DNA of 64,000 nucleotides from Chrysomallon squamiferum. Taxonomy: Eukaryota; Animalia; Mollusca. Every line of letters begins with the position of its first letter. Position 1 is the first letter of the stretch. The stretch is taken from NCBI GenBank assembly GCA_012295275.1, contig CM022670.1:41788001-41852000 (forward strand), read 5' to 3'. Positions 40,931-54,143 of this stretch are shown here, one piece after another. The notes under the pieces are model-generated. The model searched no databases, was not told the origin of the DNA, and was given only the letters and a program-made list of their open reading frames with translations. Position numbers and translations under genes: made by a program.

Positions 40931-41287
40931 AAAAACACAAAATAAAAATAGGTTAGATTTAATTTCTTAACAATGTTTTTGTCATCTTTTTTCATGAGGA
41001 TGTTGTAAACTGAAATCAGTTTATTTAAATGGTGACGTTGTCTGAAGATAACAATCACTCTTAAACTGAACAAGGCATTTATCTATATATAATGATAATT
41101 AAATAGGTATAAGATATGTAAATGAATAAATAGGTATACGATATGTAAATGAATAAATAAGTAAAATGAATAAATAAAGAAATAAAAATTGAAGAAAAAA
41201 CAGAAAGAAAGAAAGAAGAAATGAAGGGAGCAACCAACAAGCTAACTTATCAACCAAGCAATCAAACAGATAATAACAAAAAAATAA

Positions 41288-41346
<59 letters not shown>

Positions 41347-41534
41347 AAATAAAAATAGGTCTCTGTTAATGTTAGAGTGATCTTCATTTTCTTTATATTT
41401 AAGGATTGCGCTAATGTATTAAGATCCTTACAGAAAATGGTTTCAACGTTGCAAATGGTCTAGTTTCAAAGTCGAGACACCTGGTTGAGTTGTTTCACTT
41501 CAGTTTTATAACCGTGTTTAACATGTGTAACTTC

Positions 41535-41674
41535 AGCTTTGCGCAGTGGCGATACCGTAGCCAGTGAGGTTTATCCGAGGCGTGGTTATTGCTATTTGAA
41601 AACTATTCCCAATACCCAGAACGGACGCCCTTCATTGGGCGATAAGTTCAATTTTTGATAGCCCCTACGGGGGC
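41535..41674 (+). ncRNA. RNU4: U4 snRNA, copy 8
   Basis: Consensus copy. Confidence 0.95.
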
Positions 41675-42025
41675 AAAAACACAAAATAAAAATAGGTTAG
41701 ATTTAATTTCTTAACAATGTTTTTGTCATCTTTTTTCATGAGGATGTTGTAAACTGAAATCAGTTTATTTAAATGGTGACGTTGTCTGAAGATAACAATC
41801 ACTCTTAAACTGAACAAGGCATTTATCTATATATAATGATAATTAAATAGGTATAAGATATGTAAATGAATAAATAGGTATACGATATGTAAATGAATAA
41901 ATAAGTAAATGAATAAATAAAGAAATAAAGAAAGAAAGACAGAAAGAAAGAAAGAAGAAATGAAGGGAGCAACCAACAAGCTAACTTATCAACCAAGCAA
42001 TCAAACAGATAATAACAAAAAATAA

Positions 42026-42088
<63 letters not shown>

Positions 42089-42280
42089 AAATAAAAATAG
42101 GTCTCTGTTAATGTTAGAGTGATCTTCATTTTCTTTATATTTAAGGATTACGCTAATGTATTAAGATCCTTACAGAAAAAAAAATGTTTGAACGTTGCAA
42201 ATGGTCTAGTTTCAAAGTCGAGACACCTGGTTGAGTTGTTTCACTTCAGTTTTATAACCGTGTTTAACATGCGTAACTTC

Positions 42281-42420
42281 AGCTTTGCGCAGTGGCGATA
42301 CCGTAGCCAGTGAGGTTTATCCGAGGCGTGGTTATTGCTATTTGAAAACTATTCCCAATACCCAGAACGGACGCCCTTCATTGGGCGATAAGTTCAATTT
42401 TTGATAGCCCCTACGGGGGC
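42281..42420 (+). ncRNA. RNU4: U4 snRNA, copy 9
   Basis: Consensus copy. Confidence 0.95.
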
Positions 42421-42723
42421 AAATACACAAAATAAAAAGTAGTTTAGATTTCATTATTTTTAGCAATGTTTTGATTGCTTTTTTTTCATGAAGCTGTTGT
42501 AAACTGTAATCAGTTTATTTAAATGGTGACGCTGCCTGAAGATAACAATCACTGTGGAAATGAACAATGTATTTATCTATATATATTGTGAAATGGAAAG
42601 ATAATAAGAGATGTAAATAAATAAATAAATAAGCAAGGAAGGAAGGAAGCAACCAACAACTTAACCAACTTAACAGACAACAAAAAAAAATGAAAAAAAA
42701 TCAATAATAAAAATAATAATAAC

Positions 42724-42754
<31 letters not shown>

Positions 42755-42772
42755 ATAATAATTATAATAATG

Positions 42773-42813
<41 letters not shown>

Positions 42814-43041
42814 TAATAATAATAATAATAAAAAAATAAATAAATAAATAAAAATAAAAACAGTTCTCAGTTAAAGTTAGAGTAATCTTTATTTGCTTTA
42901 TATTTAACAATTACGCTTATTTATTAAGATCGTTAACGAAAAAAAATGTTGAACGTTGCAAATGGTCTATTTTCAAAGTCGAGACACCTGGTTGAGTTGT
43001 TTCACTTCAGTTTTATAACCGTGTTTAACATGCGTAACTTC

Positions 43042-43181
43042 AGCTTTGCGCAGTGGCGATACCGTAGCCAGTGAGGTTTATCCGAGGCGTGGTTATTGCT
43101 ATTTGAAAACTATTCCCAATACCCAGAACGGACGCCCTTCATTGGGCGATAAGTTCAATTTTTGATAGCCCCTACGGGGGC
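43042..43181 (+). ncRNA. RNU4: U4 snRNA, copy 10
   Basis: Consensus copy. Confidence 0.95.
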
Positions 43182-43562
43182 AAAAACACAAAATAAAAAT
43201 AGGTTAGATTTAATTTCTTAACAATGTTTTTGTCATCTTTTTTCATGAGGATGTTGTAAACTGAAATCAGTTTATTTAAATGGTGACGTTGTCTGAAGAT
43301 AACAATCACTGTTAAACTGAACAAGGCATTTATCTATATATAATGATAATTAAATAGGTATAACATATGAAAATGAATAAATAGGTATAATATGTATATG
43401 AATAAATAGGTATACGATATGTAAATGAATAAATAAAGTAAATGAATAAATAAAAAAATAAAAAAAGAAAGACAGAAAATCAAGAAAGAAGAAAGGAAGG
43501 AAACAGCAACCAACAAGCTAACTTATCAACCAAATAATCAAACAGATAATAACAAAAAATAA

Positions 43563-43601
<39 letters not shown>

Positions 43602-43812
43602 AAAAAATAAATAAATAAATAAAAATAAAATAGGTCTCTGTTAATGTTAGAGTGATCTTCATTTTCTTTATATTTAAGGATTACGCTAATGTATTAAGAT
43701 CCTTACAGAAAAAAAAAATTTGAACGTTGCAAATGGTCTAGTTTCAAAGTCGAGACACCTGGTTGAGTTGTTTCACTTCAGTTTTATAACCGTGTTTAAC
43801 ATGTGTAACTTC

Positions 43813-43950
43813 AGCTTTGCGCAGTGGCGATACCGTAGCCAGTGAGGTTTATCCGAGGCGTGGTTATTGCTATTTGAAAACTATTCCCAATACCCAGAAC
43901 GGACGCCCTTCATTGGGCGATAAGTTCAATTTTTGATAGCCCTACGGGGC
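43813..43950 (+). ncRNA. RNU4: U4 snRNA, copy 11
   Basis: Terminal hairpin gccctacggggc (shortened homopolymers). Confidence 0.92.
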
Positions 43951-44205
43951 AAAAACACAAAATAAAAATAGTTTAGATTTCATTTCTTAACAATGTTTTG
44001 ATTGCTTTTTTTCATGAGGTTGTGTTGTAAACTGTAATCAGTTTATTTAAATGGTGACGTTGTCCTGAAGATAACAATCACTGTTAAAATGAACAATGCA
44101 TTTATCTATATATATTGATAAATGGAAAGATAATAAGAGATGTAAATAAATAAATAAATAAGATATGGAAGGAAGAATAAATAACAACTTAAATGAATAA
44201 ATAAA

Positions 44206-44243
<38 letters not shown>

Positions 44244-44572
44244 ATAAAAAAATAATAATAACAGTAATAATAATAATAATAATAACAACTAATAATTATA
44301 TAATATAAAACAATAATAATAAAAATAATAATAAATAATAAATAAATAAAATAATAAATAAATAAAAAATAAATAAATAAATAAAATAAAAACAGTTCTC
44401 AGTTAAAGTTAGAGTAATCTTTATTTTCTTTATATTTAACAATTACGCTTATTTATTAAGATCCTAACGAAAAAAAAATTTGAACGTTGCAAATGGTCTA
44501 TTTTCAAAGTCGAGACACCTGGTTGAGTTGTTTGACTTCAGTTTTATAACCGTGTTTAACATGCGTAACTTC

Positions 44573-44713
44573 AGCTTTGCGCAGTGGCGATACCGTAGCC
44601 AGTGAGGTTTATCCGAGGCGTGGTTATTGCTATTTGAAAACTATTCCCAATACCCAGAACGGACGCCCTTCATTGGGCGATAAGTTCAATTTTTTGATAT
44701 AGCCCTACGGGGC
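44573..44713 (+). ncRNA. RNU4: U4 snRNA, copy 12
   Basis: Sm site with an extra T, then gatatagccctacggggc; possibly consensus noise. Confidence 0.9.
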
Positions 44714-45067
44714 AAAAACACAAAATAAAAATAGGTTAGATTTAATTTCTTAACAATGTTTTTGTCATCTTTTTCATGAAGATGTTGTAAACTGAAATCA
44801 GTTTATTTAAATGGTGACGTTGTCTGAAGATAACAATCACTCTTAAACTGAACAAGGCATTTATCTATATATAATGATAAATAAATAGGTATAAGATATG
44901 TAAATGAATAAATAGGTATACGATATGTAAAATGAATAAATAAGTAAATGAATAAATAAAAAAATAAAAAAAAGAAAGAAAGAAAGAAAGAAAATAAGAA
45001 ATGAAGGGAGCAACCAACAAGCTAACTTATCAACCAAGCAATCAAACAGATAATAACAAAAAAATAA

Positions 45068-45122
<55 letters not shown>

Positions 45123-45316
45123 AAATAAAAATAGGTCTCTGTTAATGTTAGAGTGATCTTCATTTTCTTTATATTTAAGGATTACGCTAATTTATTAAGA
45201 TCCTTACAGAAAAAAAAAAATGTTTGAACGTTGCAAATGGTCTAGTTTCAAAGTCGAGACACCTGGTTGAGTTGTTTCACTTCAGTTTTATAACCGTGTT
45301 TAACATGCGTAACTTC

Positions 45317-45456
45317 AGCTTTGCGCAGTGGCGATACCGTAGCCAGTGAGGTTTATCCGAGGCGTGGTTATTGCTATTTGAAAACTATTCCCAATACCCA
45401 GAACGGACGCCCTTCATTGGGCGATAAGTTCAATTTTTGATAGCCCCTACGGGGGC
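45317..45456 (+). ncRNA. RNU4: U4 snRNA, copy 13
   Basis: Consensus copy. Confidence 0.95.
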
Positions 45457-45779
45457 AAATACACAAAATAAAAGTAGTTTAGATTTCATTATTTTTAGCA
45501 ATGTTTTGATTGCTTTTTTTCACGAAGCTGTTGTAAACTGTAATCAGTTTATTTAAATGGTGACGCTGCCTGAAGATAACAATCACTGTGGAAATGAACA
45601 ATGTATTTATCTATATATATTGTGAAATGGAAAGATAATAAGAGATGTAAATAAATAAATAAATAAGCAAGGAAGGAAGGAAGCAACCAACAACTTAACC
45701 AACTTAACAGACAACAAAAAAAATTGAAAAAAAAAAAAAAAAAAAGAAAAAAAAATCAATAATAAAAATAATAATAACA

Positions 45780-45877
<98 letters not shown>

Positions 45878-46094
45878 TAATAATAAAAATAAATAAATAA
45901 ATAAAAATAAAAACAGTTCTCAGTTAAAGTTAGAGTAATCTTTATTTGCTTTATATTTAACAATTACGCTTATTTATTAAGATCGTTAACGAAAAAAAAT
46001 GTTGAACGTTGCAAATGGTCTATTTTCAAAGTCGAGACACCTGGTTGAGTTGTTTGACTTCAGTTTTATAACCGTGTTTAACATGCGTAACTTC

Positions 46095-46233
46095 AGCTTT
46101 GCGCAGTGGCGATACCGTAGCCAGTGAGGTTTATCCGAGGCGTGGTTATTGCTATTTGAAAACTATTCCCAATACCCAGAACGGACGCCCTTCATTGGGC
46201 GATAAGTTCAATTTTTGATAGCCCCTACGGGGG
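46095..46233 (+). ncRNA. RNU4: U4 snRNA, copy 14
   Basis: Lacks the final C. Confidence 0.93.
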
Positions 46234-46585
46234 AAAAACACAAAATAAAAATAGGTTAGATTTAATTTCTTAACAATGTTTTTGTCATCTTTTTTCATGA
46301 GGATGTTGTAAACTGAAATCAGTTTATTTAAATGGTGACGTTGTCTGAAGATAACAATCACTCTTAAACTGAACAAGGCATTTATCTATATATAATGATA
46401 ATTAAATAGGTATAAGATATGTAAATGAATAAATAGGTATACGATATGTAAATGAATAAATAAGTAAATGAATAAATAAAGAAATAAAGAAAGAAAGACA
46501 GAAAGAAAGAAAGAAGAAATGAAGGGAGCAACCAACAAGCTAACTTATCAACCAAGCAATCAAACAGATAATAACAAAAAAATAA

Positions 46586-46632
<47 letters not shown>

Positions 46633-46821
46633 AAATAAAAATAGGTCTCTGTTAATGTTAGAGTGATCTTCATTTTCTTTATATTTAAGGATTGCGCTAA
46701 TGTATTAAGATCCTTACAGAAAATGGTTTTCAACGTTGCAAATGGTCTAGTTTCAAAGTCGAGACACCTGGTTGAGTTGTTTCACTTCAGTTTTATAACC
46801 GTGTTTAACATGTGTAACTTC

Positions 46822-46961
46822 AGCTTTGCGCAGTGGCGATACCGTAGCCAGTGAGGTTTATCCGAGGCGTGGTTATTGCTATTTGAAAACTATTCCCAAT
46901 ACCCAGAACGGACGCCCTTCATTGGGCGATAAGTTCAATTTTTGATAGCCCCTACGGGGGC
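46822..46961 (+). ncRNA. RNU4: U4 snRNA, copy 15
   Basis: Consensus copy. Confidence 0.95.
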
Positions 46962-47311
46962 AAAAACACAAAATAAAAATAGGTTAGATTTAATTTCTTA
47001 ACAATGTTTTTGTCATCTTTTTTCATGAGGATGTTGTAAACTGAAATCAGTTTATTTAAATGGTGACGTTGTCTGAAGATAACAATCACTCTTAAACTGA
47101 ACAAGGCATTTATCTATATATAATGATAATTAAATAGGTATAAGATATGTAAATGAATAAATAGGTATACGATATGTAAATGAATAAATAAGTAAATGAA
47201 TAAATAAAGAAATAAAGAAAGAAAGACAGAAAGAAAGAAAGAAGAAATGAAGGAGCAACCAACAAGCTAACTTATCAACCAAGCAATCAAACAGATAATA
47301 ACAAAAAAAAA

Positions 47312-47366
<55 letters not shown>

Positions 47367-47554
47367 AAATAAAAATAGGTCTCTGTTAATGTTAGAGTGA
47401 TCTTCATTTTCTTTATATTTAAGGATTGCGCTAATGTATTAAGATCCTTACAGAAAATGGTTTCAACGTTGCAAATGGTCTAGTTTCAAAGTCGAGACAC
47501 CTGGTTGAGTTGTTTCACTTCAGTTTTATAACCGTGTTTAACATGTGTAACTTC

Positions 47555-47694
47555 AGCTTTGCGCAGTGGCGATACCGTAGCCAGTGAGGTTTATCCGAGG
47601 CGTGGTTATTGCTATTTGAAAACTATTCCCAATACCCAGAACGGACGCCCTTCATTGGGCGATAAGTTCAATTTTTGATAGCCCCTACGGGGGC
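47555..47694 (+). ncRNA. RNU4: U4 snRNA, copy 16
   Basis: Consensus copy. Confidence 0.95.
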
Positions 47695-48050
47695 AAAAAC
47701 ACAAAATAAAAATAGGTTAGATTTAATTTCTTAACAATGTTTTTGTCATCTTTTTTCATGAGGATGTTGTAAACTGAAATCAGTTTATTTAAATGGTGAC
47801 GTTGTCTGAAGATAACAATCACTCTTAAACTGAACAAGGCATTTATCTATATATAATGATAATTAAATAGGTATAAGATATGTAAATGAATAAATAGGTA
47901 TACGATATGTAAATGAATAAATAAGTAAATGAATAAATAAAGAAATAAAGAAAGAAAGACAGACAGAAAGAAAGAAAGAAGAAATGAAGGGAGCAACCAA
48001 CAAGCTAACTTATCAACCAAGCAATCAAACAGATAATAACAAATAAATAA

Positions 48051-48089
<39 letters not shown>

Positions 48090-48276
48090 AAAAAAAATAG
48101 GTCTCTGTTAATGTTAGAGTGATCTTCATTTTCTTTATATTTAAGGATTACGCTAATGTATTAAGATCCTTACAGAAAAAGGTTTGAACGTTGCAAATGG
48201 TCTAGTTTCAAAGTCGAGACACCTGGTTGAGTTGTTTCACTTCAGTTTTATAACCGTGTTTAACATGCGTAACTTC

Positions 48277-48416
48277 AGCTTTGCGCAGTGGCGATACCGT
48301 AGCCAGTGAGGTTTATCCGAGGCGTGGTTATTGCTATTTGAAAACTATTCCCAATACCCAGAACGGACGCCCTTCATTGGGCGATAAGTTCAATTTTTGA
48401 TAGCCCCTACGGGGGC
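48277..48416 (+). ncRNA. RNU4: U4 snRNA, copy 17
   Basis: Consensus copy. Confidence 0.95.
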
Positions 48417-48766
48417 AAATACAAAAATAAAAAGTAGTTTAGATTTCATTATTTTTAGCAATGTTTTGATTGCTTTTTTTCACGAAGCTGTTGTAAACTG
48501 TAATCAGTTTATTTAAATGGTGACGCTGCCTGAAGATAACAATCACTGTGGAAATGAACAATGTATTTATCTATATATATTGTGAAATGGAAAGATAATA
48601 AGAGATGTAAATAAATAAATAAATAAGCAAGGAAGGAAGGAAGCAACCAACAACTTAACCAACTTAACAGACAACAAAACAAATTGAAAAAAAAAAAAAA
48701 AAAAAAAAAATCAATAATAAAAATAATAATAACAGTAATAATAATAATAATAATAACAATAATAAT

Positions 48767-48843
<77 letters not shown>

Positions 48844-49060
48844 TAATAATAAAAATAAATAAATAAATAAAAATAAAAACAGTTCTCAGTTAAAGTTAGA
48901 GTAATCTTTATTTGCTTTATATTTAACAATTACGCTTATTTATTAAGATCGTTAACGAAAAAAAATGTTGAACGTTGCAAATGGTCTATTTTCAAAGTCG
49001 AGACACCTGGTTGAGTTGTTTGACTTCAGTTTTATAACTGTGTTTAACATGCGTAACTTC

Positions 49061-49200
49061 AGCTTTGCGCAGTGGCGATACCGTAGCCAGTGAGGTTTAT
49101 CCGAGGCGTGGTTATTGCTATTTGAAAACTATTCCCAATACCCAGAACGGACGCCCTTCATTGGGCGGTAAGTTCAATTTTTGATAGCCCCTACGGGGGC
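49061..49200 (+). ncRNA. RNU4: U4 snRNA, copy 18 (array edge)
   Basis: Variant gggcggtaag. Confidence 0.93.
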
Positions 49201-50348
49201 AAAAACACAAAATAAAAGTAGTTTAGTTTTAATTTTTTTAATAATGTTTTGATTGCTTTTTTTCACGAAGCTGTTGTAAACTGTAATCAGTTTATTTAAA
49301 TGTTGACGTTGCTTGAAGATAACAATCACTGTGGAACTGAACAATGCATTTATCTATATATAATGAAAAATTATAAGATTAAAAGGCATTCAAATAGATA
49401 AATAAATAAACAAGGAAGGAAGCAGCCAAGAAGTTAACCAATAAACGTGTGGAAATATACAAATTAAAAATTGTTTAAGAATTAATTTATTTAAGTTTCA
49501 TATTGTACGTATTGTATTTTTGCTGTCTGCATTGAGGTACGGTGGAGCATCACAAACTGATTTTCTCTTTTCAGAAGACAAGTACTCTCGAAATTTTTTT
49601 TTTTTTTTTTTTTTATTCCTGTGGCTTCAGGCATAAAGTTTATATTAAATATATAAATTTGTGATAATGGTATAATTTTATATAGGGAATGTTCGGAATG
49701 CTGCCAGTGATAAGTCTGTTGGCTATTGATTGGCTATCATTAACGAATATTTTATGAGTAATTCATAACAGCATGAAAAACACGCAGTAAAGCCTTTGAA
49801 AGTTAAATAGAAAATTTTAAATATGTATTGTACTTACTATATCCAATCTGTTATATTTATTAACAATGCTATGACGTCATAAAGAAAGCACATGACCTCT
49901 TTTCTCATACAAAGCAGAAGACGTCAGCATTCTGTTTTTCGTTCTGGCTGTGATTTACGGAAGGGAAATTTGACAGTGGTTTGTTAAATTATGGGGAATT
50001 TTCTAGATAAATACGAAACACGTAAGTTAGGTCGACTTATATAATTGTAAGTACGAGGTTTTAATCAAATAACATTTAGAAATTTTAGACGACCTATATG
50101 TTATAGTACATGAAGTATTGTTGTAGAAACATTTGATGTTATTTTTTTGTAACCCATTCCCTAGAACGAGTGCAGTAATTAATTTTCCTCGTTAATTGTT
50201 ATCAAATATTATAATTATAAATATTAAACACTGCATTTTTCCACGATCAGTAAGCGATATTTCATATGGACATTTTTTTTTTTTTAATTATTATAATTTA
50301 AAAAAATAAAATAAAATAAATAAATAAATAATAATAAATAAATAATAA

Positions 50349-50379
<31 letters not shown>

Positions 50380-52169
50380 AATAAAAATAATTAAACAAAA
50401 AAAAAATAAATAAAAAAGGAAATAAATAAGGAAAGAAAGAAAGAAAAAAATAATTAAAAAAAGAAGAAAGAAAAAACGTACATTTTTATATTTGATACTC
50501 AAGTCGTAACAGACTGGATCAGGATTAGTAAGGAGGATCGATCCTGCCATCTCTTAAGTGTTTAAAAATGATTCCAGTTCTAATTTTGATTTTTTAATAT
50601 TAATATTTACTATTATTTATTTATTTATTTATTAGAGAGATGAAAACAAAAGAAAACAAAACATTATTGTTGTTGTTGTTATTATTATAAAAGAAATAAT
50701 AAAGGAACAAAAAACAAAGGAAGCATTTGTTTAAAGTTGTTTTATTTATTAAAAAGTATCACACACTAGATGTCCAGCATCTAACAGGAAAACAAAACAA
50801 ATATAAAAATGTTAATAACAAAGAAAATAACAGTTTTAAAAACTTTTGTAAAGTGAAGATATATTTTTCAAGGCTAATAAAGCAAATGCTATCACAGTTT
50901 TGATTTTCTTGACGAGAAAGGCCATGTGTATCACAAGACAGTTAATTAAATATGGGCTGATGTTAAAGTGTAATTTAAGTTGCATATACTAATGATGATA
51001 TCAACTTTACTTCCAAAGTTTTTATTTATTTATTTTGTTTCACCAGTTTTTGGTGATCAATAAAAATAACGTTTTTGAGGATGCACAGAGATTAATACTG
51101 TTTCTTCATTATGACTTCATTTTGCAACAGAAATGTAAAATTATAATAATAAAATCATATTAGACTAGGTCATTCCATAGATGCAGTGTCCTCTGTCAGC
51201 ATTTTTATAAATAATAATTTTTATTTTTTTTATTTTTTTTATTTTTTTAAATTTAAATTTAAATTTCTCTGATGTTCAAACAATAATGTTTAACCTGCAC
51301 AAATAATATGGAAAAAACTATAAACACGTTTCACTAGAAAAAAGGAAACAATATAAAAACCGACAGGTGAATGGGATGACAAAACTTATGAGTAAAGGCA
51401 CATTTTGTTTTTTAATCTGGCAGAGTAAAGGAGAGAAAACTCACACACACAAAATACCCACCAAAAAAAAAAAAAAACAGTCTGTAACATTACAATGACC
51501 TACCAGGCTAAAAGTTATTAGCATTAGTATAAAGTTAAAAGGATAATAAATTCTACTTCTCCTGAATGTAAGTATAGTTTATCATTAAAAACAATATAAA
51601 AATAAAATATTTACTAAAGATATGTGCTGTATCAAGTAGAACAGTGAACTCCTGAATGAAATATATAAACAATAAAGAATATTATAAATTTGTATAATAA
51701 TAAAAAAGATAAATAAAATATAAAAAACGTATATAGATGCTAAGGCTTATTAAGTTGTAGGAAGTCACCATATTCAACTTGCATTTTCAGTCACTTTGAT
51801 TCAGAAGGCAAATTTGAATAGTCACAATTGGTCACACAGATATTTCAAGCTGTCTATAACAAAGATTACATTAAGTAGCTTCACATATACTGGTTACTGT
51901 AGACATGTCCAGTAAATAACAGTGATTATAGCAGACAATTCTTAGTCACCATGGTTACAGAATGTAGTTTAAAATAGTAATATTTACAGTTATGTAAGTA
52001 AGTGAAGTCACCATGGCAACAAAGTGTAATGTCTATGATGTAACTGAAATCACCAAGATGGTTTGTTATGACTGTTAACAAGAATGAGGTAATTAGTTTC
52101 ATATGATTTTCATCTTTAGAGTTTGGAGTTTCCAGTAACTTTGTGTCCACAAAACATCCATTTTTTTGT

Positions 52170-52298
52170 TTAACACAACCTGAAATAAAGAATTTTAAAA
52201 CATACTTAATAACAGTACACAAATGACACACACACACACACACACAGACACACACAGTTTTATATTTATGTTCACTTATCAGCTCACTTAGTCTCTCT

Positions 52299-52396
<98 letters not shown>

Positions 52397-52562
52397 GGAA
52401 AGAAAGAAAGTATAAAATGTCTGGATTTGAGATTTCATGGAGAACAGTTTAAAAACAAAACCAATTTTTTGTCATTTCTCAAGTTTAACATTCCTGAAAG
52501 ATTCTAAAACAAAATCAAATAAATATTTATCTCTTACTGATGTATACACTTGTTTTTAGTAT

Positions 52563-52606
<44 letters not shown>

Positions 52607-54080
52607 CAAAAATGTGTACTACACACTCACCCACATGTCTTCTTGCAGTACTTCACTGTGTAGTTGTAGAACTTGGCAGCAGGATCACACGGGTTGGGCA
52701 CAGTATTCCAAAACCAACACGAGAAGTCACTCGCTTGGTCGTAGCAGTCTACAGTGTCAACAGAGACGTAACAAACACATTAAACTATTTTACTTTAATA
52801 CAGACACTATATGAAGATTATGTTGCATCAAATAATGACATTTAAATATCAAAGTAATATTTGTGGAAAAGTGATATCGGTTATGAAAACTAAAGCAGAC
52901 GTTGGCCTGTGTTGTAAGAAAAGAGAGAGATGAAGAGAGAATTTTATCTCTAATGTTGTTGTTGTAAATACTGACTTACAGTTTGGTGGTAAAGTTGTAA
53001 ATACTGACTTACAGTTTGGTGGTAAAGTTGTAAATACTGACTTACAGTTTGGTGGTAATGTTGTAAATACTGACTTACAGTTTGGTGGTAAAGTTGTAAA
53101 TACACTTACAGTTTGGTGGTAAAGTTGTAAATACTGACTTACAGTTTGGTGGTAAAGTTGTAAATACTGACTTACAGTTTGGTGGTAATGTTGTAAATAC
53201 TGACTTACAGTCTGGTGGTAAAGTTGTAAATACTGACTTACAGTTTGGTGGTAAAGTTGTAAATACTGACTTACAGTTTGGTGGTAATGTTGTAAATACT
53301 GACTTACAGTTTGGTGGTAAAGTTGTAAATACTGACTTACAGTTTGGTTATAATGTTGTAAATACTGACTTACAGTTTGGTGGTAAAGTTGTAAATACTG
53401 ACTTACAGTTTGGTTATAATGTTGTAAATACTGACTTACAGTTTGGTGGTAAAGTGGTAAATACTGACTTACAGTTTGGTTATAATGTTGTAAATACTGA
53501 CTTACAGTTTGGTGGTAAAGTTGTAAATACTGACTTACAGTTTGGTTATAATGTTGTAAATACTGACTTACAGTTTGGTGGTAAAGTGGGCAGGGGGTTA
53601 GATGAGTCGCACTGGAGGACGTCACAGCAGGCAGGGAACGGAGCAGTGGAGTTACTGACTTTGTGACAGTTAGCAGAGTCAGGGTTCTCCCAAACCTCTA
53701 TCTGTCTGCACCTGACAACAAACACCACAAACACAATCAGACTGACAACATAATTATGTAACAAATGTTAATTTCATATTCTTTTGTTATTGTCTGAAAT
53801 CAAATCACTAACCTTTTATTAGCTTGATACAAAATTAAATAAAACAATGGTTTTTTAAAAAAAGAGAGAGGAAATAGCTGCTACATAGTAAAAACAATTG
53901 TTGTTGTTATTAGGGGTTTTCCTTGCTATGATTTGCTGTTATAATAATACTGTAAAAATACCCAATTACATTTTGTTGTGTATCTGTATATGTTACGGCA
54001 TTTAACTTAAAAAAGAACAATATAATAATCTGAGAGAAAGAAAACAAATACCCCAAAACCTGTGTGCATTGTGTGTGTGT

Positions 54081-54143
<63 letters not shown>

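Larger units (their letters stand above)
37690..49440 (+). repeat. Tandem array of 16 U4 snRNA gene units (~720-790 bp each), two spacer types
   Basis: U4 starts at 37753, 38532, 39278, 40023, 40792, 41535, 42281, 43042, 43813, 44573, 45317, 46095, 46822, 47555, 48277, 49061. Confidence 0.95.

Noticed and set aside
38820-48929. Recurrent short ORFs (MLNIKQIK..., MFSLRVIV..., MIFIFF...)
   Set aside because: Chance frames through U4 units and their microsatellites; lengths vary with repeat slippage.
37690-49440. CRISPR-like repeat/spacer appearance of the array
   Set aside because: The repeats are 140-nt U4 genes, the spacers are homologous to each other rather than unique, the context is eukaryotic and there are no cas genes.
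50490-50556. Possible tRNA-derived SINE fragment (minus strand ggatcgatcc...ccagtc..cgact...tatcaaa)
   Set aside because: Too short and degenerate to support without a repeat-library search.
52849-53625. 258-aa repetitive ORF (HQTVSQYLQ)n
   Set aside because: Off-frame translation of the 33-bp intronic minisatellite; the real exon uses another frame.
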